26,327 nt of DNA from a virus. Lineage: Duplodnaviria > Caudoviricetes. Numbering within the stretch: the first letter of the stretch is position 1; each line of letters starts with the position of its first letter. Location of the stretch: positions 1 to 26,327 of IMG/VR virus record IMGVR_UViG_3300035670_001110. One strand, 5' to 3'. Below the pieces are notes generated by a model. It had not been told where the DNA came from, did no database searches, and worked only from the letters and a program-made list of their open reading frames with translations. Below are positions 26,191 through 26,327 of this stretch, in pieces. The position numbers and the translations under genes were made by a program.

Positions 26191-26327
26191 TGGTTTTCTA
26201 GTTCGGCAGCGATGGCGAGGATCTGGCTTCGTGTTTCTTGTCGCTGTCCACGTCGTATCTCTCGGCTGGAGTACACATCTCCTGCTGGCCTCATACCTGT
26301 CGGAGCTGGTTCATTCGGCACCACCTG
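26187..26327 (-). CDS. Partial paralogue of the 77-aa protein (5' end outside the window)
   Basis: Translation QVVPNEPAPTGMRPAGDVYSSREIRRGQRQETRSQILAIAAELENQ-stop shares QVVP and LA(I/V)AxELE. Confidence 0.7.
   Translation of the reverse strand, partial: QVVPNEPAPTGMRPAGDVYSSREIRRGQRQETRSQILAIAAELENQ

Noticed and set aside
1288-26201. Many long plus-strand ORFs (e.g. 1288-2925, 6033-7337, 9338-11296, 13591-14799, 19900-20877)
   Set aside because: Antisense shadows expected from high-GC codon bias opposite well-supported minus-strand genes.

Overview
This window is the late (morphogenesis) half of a T7-like podophage or prophage genome of high GC, with every real gene on the minus strand. 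Read right to left, it holds: two small paralogous phage genes, a 5'-3' exonuclease (T7 gp6-like), gp6.5/6.7/7.3-like small genes, portal, scaffold, major capsid followed by a terminator, tail tubular proteins A and B, a gp13-like acetyltransferase-fold protein, four internal virion (ejection) proteins and a short 251-aa gp17-like tail fibre or adaptor. Next come four small tail-region genes and a diversity-generating retroelement (DGR). The DGR consists of a 512-aa Mtd-like (C-type lectin fold) target with a variable repeat (VR, 1347-1470), a GC-only GRNA-loop hairpin, avd, a template repeat (TR, 783-906) and a reverse transcriptase that runs off the left edge and is missing from the ORF track. 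TR and VR align without gaps over 124 nt, and all 21 mismatches fall at TR adenines. The most unexpected feature is a ~42-aa module that ends both the tail fibre and an 88-aa protein and resembles the N-terminus of the DGR target. This suggests a modular docking system for a hypervariable receptor-binding protein. The ejection proteins also appear to carry accreted ParB-like, HExxH peptidase and SleB-like hydrolase domains. Family assignments come from motif recall and synteny, not database searches. A picocyanobacterial host is only an inference.
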